Source: Centroscyllium fabricii (Eukaryota). Taken from it: a DNA stretch of 64,000 nucleotides. The stretch lies in contig JBNRSN020000011.1 in assembly GCA_051313645.2 (NCBI GenBank), forward strand, positions 37,758,001 through 37,822,000, written 5' to 3'. The translations under genes and the position numbers were made by a program. The notes under the pieces are model-generated. The model ran no database searches. It was given only the letters and a program-made list of their open reading frames with translations, and had not been told where the DNA came from. Shown here piece by piece: positions 60,961 through 64,000 of this stretch (position 1 is the stretch's first letter; each line of letters starts with the position of its first letter).

Positions 60961-62759
60961 GTAAGATGTTGGACTTGGCCCAGTGTATCAATATTCGTGG
61001 TGTGTTCAGTGTTTTAAAAAAAAAAAACTGATCGCTGAATGCACATGGGTGTTGTCAGCTAATCAAGCATTGGGGGATAAGTGCACTGTGTACGATGTGG
61101 TCTGGCTTGGCTCAATTATTCAAAGCCCCTTGTGTTAGTCTTGATGCACATAATGGAGGTGGATATTATAATTAACTTTTTTTAATAAATAAACATCTAA
61201 CTTGGGTATGCTGCCATTGATGTAACCGTAGTAATGAACACGGAGACATAATCTATCTTGGAAATTTGATAAGTGGGATTTGTGCCAACATTTTTTCCTT
61301 TTTGCTTTGCGCACTGGCAGGGCCTTGTAATTAAAACCCAAGGTGCACATTTAATTGGTTCCCATAAGTAATTATTCATTAAATTATCACCTGTTTTTCT
61401 TCCTTTTCTTTTTTTATTCTCAATGATCAGGATTGGTAACTGCATGAGAATTGGGATATACTTATACTCTTAATAGCTTTGTTTGCTGAATATTTTTGAT
61501 TGTAACTATCTTAATTTCATATAGTTTCTACTAAAACAGTCATAAATTAGAGCATCTGGCATCATATTCAACAAGTTCCATACCTCTTTAGAGAGCCATA
61601 CACTCCGAGATTGTTGATTAGGCTCTCTGGGCTAAAACCCAGTTTAATAACTACTATTACTACTTCTCTCTGGTCTGCATGGCAAAAAATATTTGATAGC
61701 TTTATTTGATGGTATTACCAGAATATTATGAAGGACAGCTAAGCATACCAAAGCTTTAGAGTTTCAAAAAAACAAACCTTACTGGGAATACATATTTGTC
61801 ACATTTTGGATTTGGCAGGCAACACCTGGCTCTTAGTATCTTAAAAAAAAGACCAAAACACATTCAATCAAATTGAGAGGTTTGAAAGGCTTGCCTGTTT
61901 TAAAGTGCATGTTGCTTGGTTTGATTGTGCAATGCCCGGCAGTCGTTCAATAAAAAAATACGTTGATGTAACTTTTATTTGCTAGGTTTGGCAGTACAAC
62001 AGCAATTCAGTTCAGCTGAATTATATATATATATTTTTTTAAAGAGCATGATTCACCTCAAGCACATGGCACATGTTGTTTATTAGACTTCTAGGAATTG
62101 CAACAACTATATTCTTCCCTCCTCCTCCTCCTCCTTCTCTCATCTTTCCCCCCTCCCCACCATCATTGTCACCACCAGTGATGTCTGCCGAGCTGTTTTT
62201 CGTGCTTGGCTCCCTGAGGGGAATTCCCCCCCCCCCTCCCCCTCCTTCAGGCCTCCCCTTTTTAAACAGGTTATTCACCTTTATTGATTTGGATTAAAGT
62301 GTTCAATAGGGTTGGGGGAAGGGGGGAAGCAAAGCTAAGCAGATATCACAACTACTGGTGTAGATGCTTTTGCTGGTGTTTAAGAAAATGGTAATATTCT
62401 ATATTAAGCATGTACCCATCGCTAGGGGACTGTACCTTACAATTCATAAATATGTATTTTTTATCTTAAAGACCTTCCTAAGTTTTACTTATTTCATTAA
62501 ACTGACTGACAGCATGGACTCTGAGCTGAAACAGGACTTCCAGGAAGCCTAAATTTGCTTCTGCTTCTCCTATAATAGAATATTTGTGCGTGTTAAAATA
62601 GAATGACCAGCACAGTAGTCACAAACATCAAGTAAAATCCCACATTCGTAAAATGGCCTCTCTGCCAGTTGTAGTGACTGTTCAGTGCATCTTGTGCTGT
62701 TTTAGGGAACATTGAACCAACTGCCCTGTGCATGCAATATAACATCCGCTGGTATGTTT

Positions 62760-63435
62760 ATCATTATCGTAAGATACAAAGAAGCCATTGTTTTGGGCCC
62801 CTGCCGGAAGCTCCCTTCCTTGCTCAGTCTGAACCGGACTGTGGAAAAACCTTCAGCATCCTGTTTCACCCAGAGCTGGACATCACATCCTCTCCATCAC
62901 CAAAACCACTTAACTTGTGCTTTTGTGACATCATGCACCTCCACACCTACCTCACCCCACTGGTCCTCCAATCCTTATCCCTGCTTTTGATGCCTGGACT
63001 AGATGCTCCTCCCACCCTCTAGCTTCCATAAGTTTAAATGTGGTTCATACTTGTCAGCCAGTACCCAGTCCTGCTAGTCAATCACTCCCCTCACTGACCT
63101 AAGTTGGCTCTCTTTCCCCCAATACACTGAATTTAAAGCATTCATTTCAAACTTCTCTACAGCCTTGCCTCACCTATTTCTGAAACTTCCTACCGCCACC
63201 CCACTCCCCCCCCCCCCCCCCCCCCCCGCCCCCCGTATCACCTCCCAACCCTTCACCCAGCTCTACTCTTTTTATTCACCCCATTCCTTCACCGCACCAT
63301 TTGGTGGCAGCACCTTCTGTTGCTTCAGCCCAACTTTGGAGCTCCTCCTTAATTTCCTGCACCTCTCCACTTCAAAAACCACCTGAAAACTCATCTTTTC
63401 AGCCAAGTTATCAGTCACCTCTCCCAACTCTCCCA
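62760..63435 (+). mobile_element. Highly degenerate L2-type LINE fragment
   Basis: C-rich L2-like stretch ending AAAACTCATCTTTTCAGCCAAGTTATCAGTCACC. Confidence 0.55.
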
Positions 63436-64000
63436 TTATGGCCATTCTTTTTATCTGTTTAATTCCTCCACTTGCTAAGTGATTAATTAGACCTGGTGTT
63501 GGTTAATTATAAAAATCTTGGTGCTCATTGTTTATAGGACAGAAAATTGTCAAAGCATGGGTTTTCTGTTTAATTCCTAATCGATTTCAGATATAGTCAA
63601 AGCATTCTTGCTCTGTATTTGAAGAGGATTAACTGCAGTATTTTTATTAGGAGGTCATGAATCTGAGTTCTAAAAGCATAAATCTGTCGGTCACCATTTT
63701 CTGAACTCTAAGATCTCTGTCCTGATTGACTATCTTGCCATCAAGATGCTTGCCTCAGAACTTCCCCTATCCTATGCCATCACATCGACATCTTGCTCCC
63801 TGTCCACCTTTCGTTATCCTTGGGCATATTCCAATGGAAGACGAATAGCAGCCTTTCTATTGAATGGTTTTTATTTTTAGCACACGGTATTGAATATTGA
63901 ACCAATTTCTATCTGGAGTGAATCCGAACGTAGCTTATTTTTATCATAAATATGCACCATGGAGGGTGGGTTCCTCTTGTGTGAGTTTCTGTAAAGAATA

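Noticed and set aside
60961-64000. RGL1 exon 10 (expected to begin EGTSKFA...)
   Set aside because: No matching frame seen; it presumably lies beyond the window.

Overview
Eukaryotic (vertebrate) DNA, very probably from a cartilaginous fish, judging by HE1-like V-SINEs, DeuSINE remnants and shark-type CR1, L2 and Penelope elements. The window holds the 5' two-thirds of a + strand RGL1 (RalGDS-like 1, Ral GEF) gene. Nine coding exons between 20294 and 60960 join in frame through GT-AG introns and encode the REM domain and most of the CDC25 domain; the gene runs off the right edge. The rest is repeat-rich intron and upstream DNA: a full-length decayed Ty3/Gypsy LTR element (911-5961), a full-length decayed hAT transposon (48546-51329), an apparently young Vingi/Ingi-type LINE, two PIF/Harbinger MITEs, two related TA-flanked TIR elements with different interiors, several Penelope-like fold-back elements carrying minimal hammerhead ribozyme motifs, and many SINE/LINE fragments including a triple nest. 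Most notable: candidate alternative Cys-rich first exons upstream of RGL1 exon 2; TIR elements that look like portable NRF1/YY1/CCAAT promoter cassettes; hammerhead motifs with visible covariation; and a SINE tail swap whose donor LINE lies in the same window. All calls come from reading the sequence by eye; no database searches were run.
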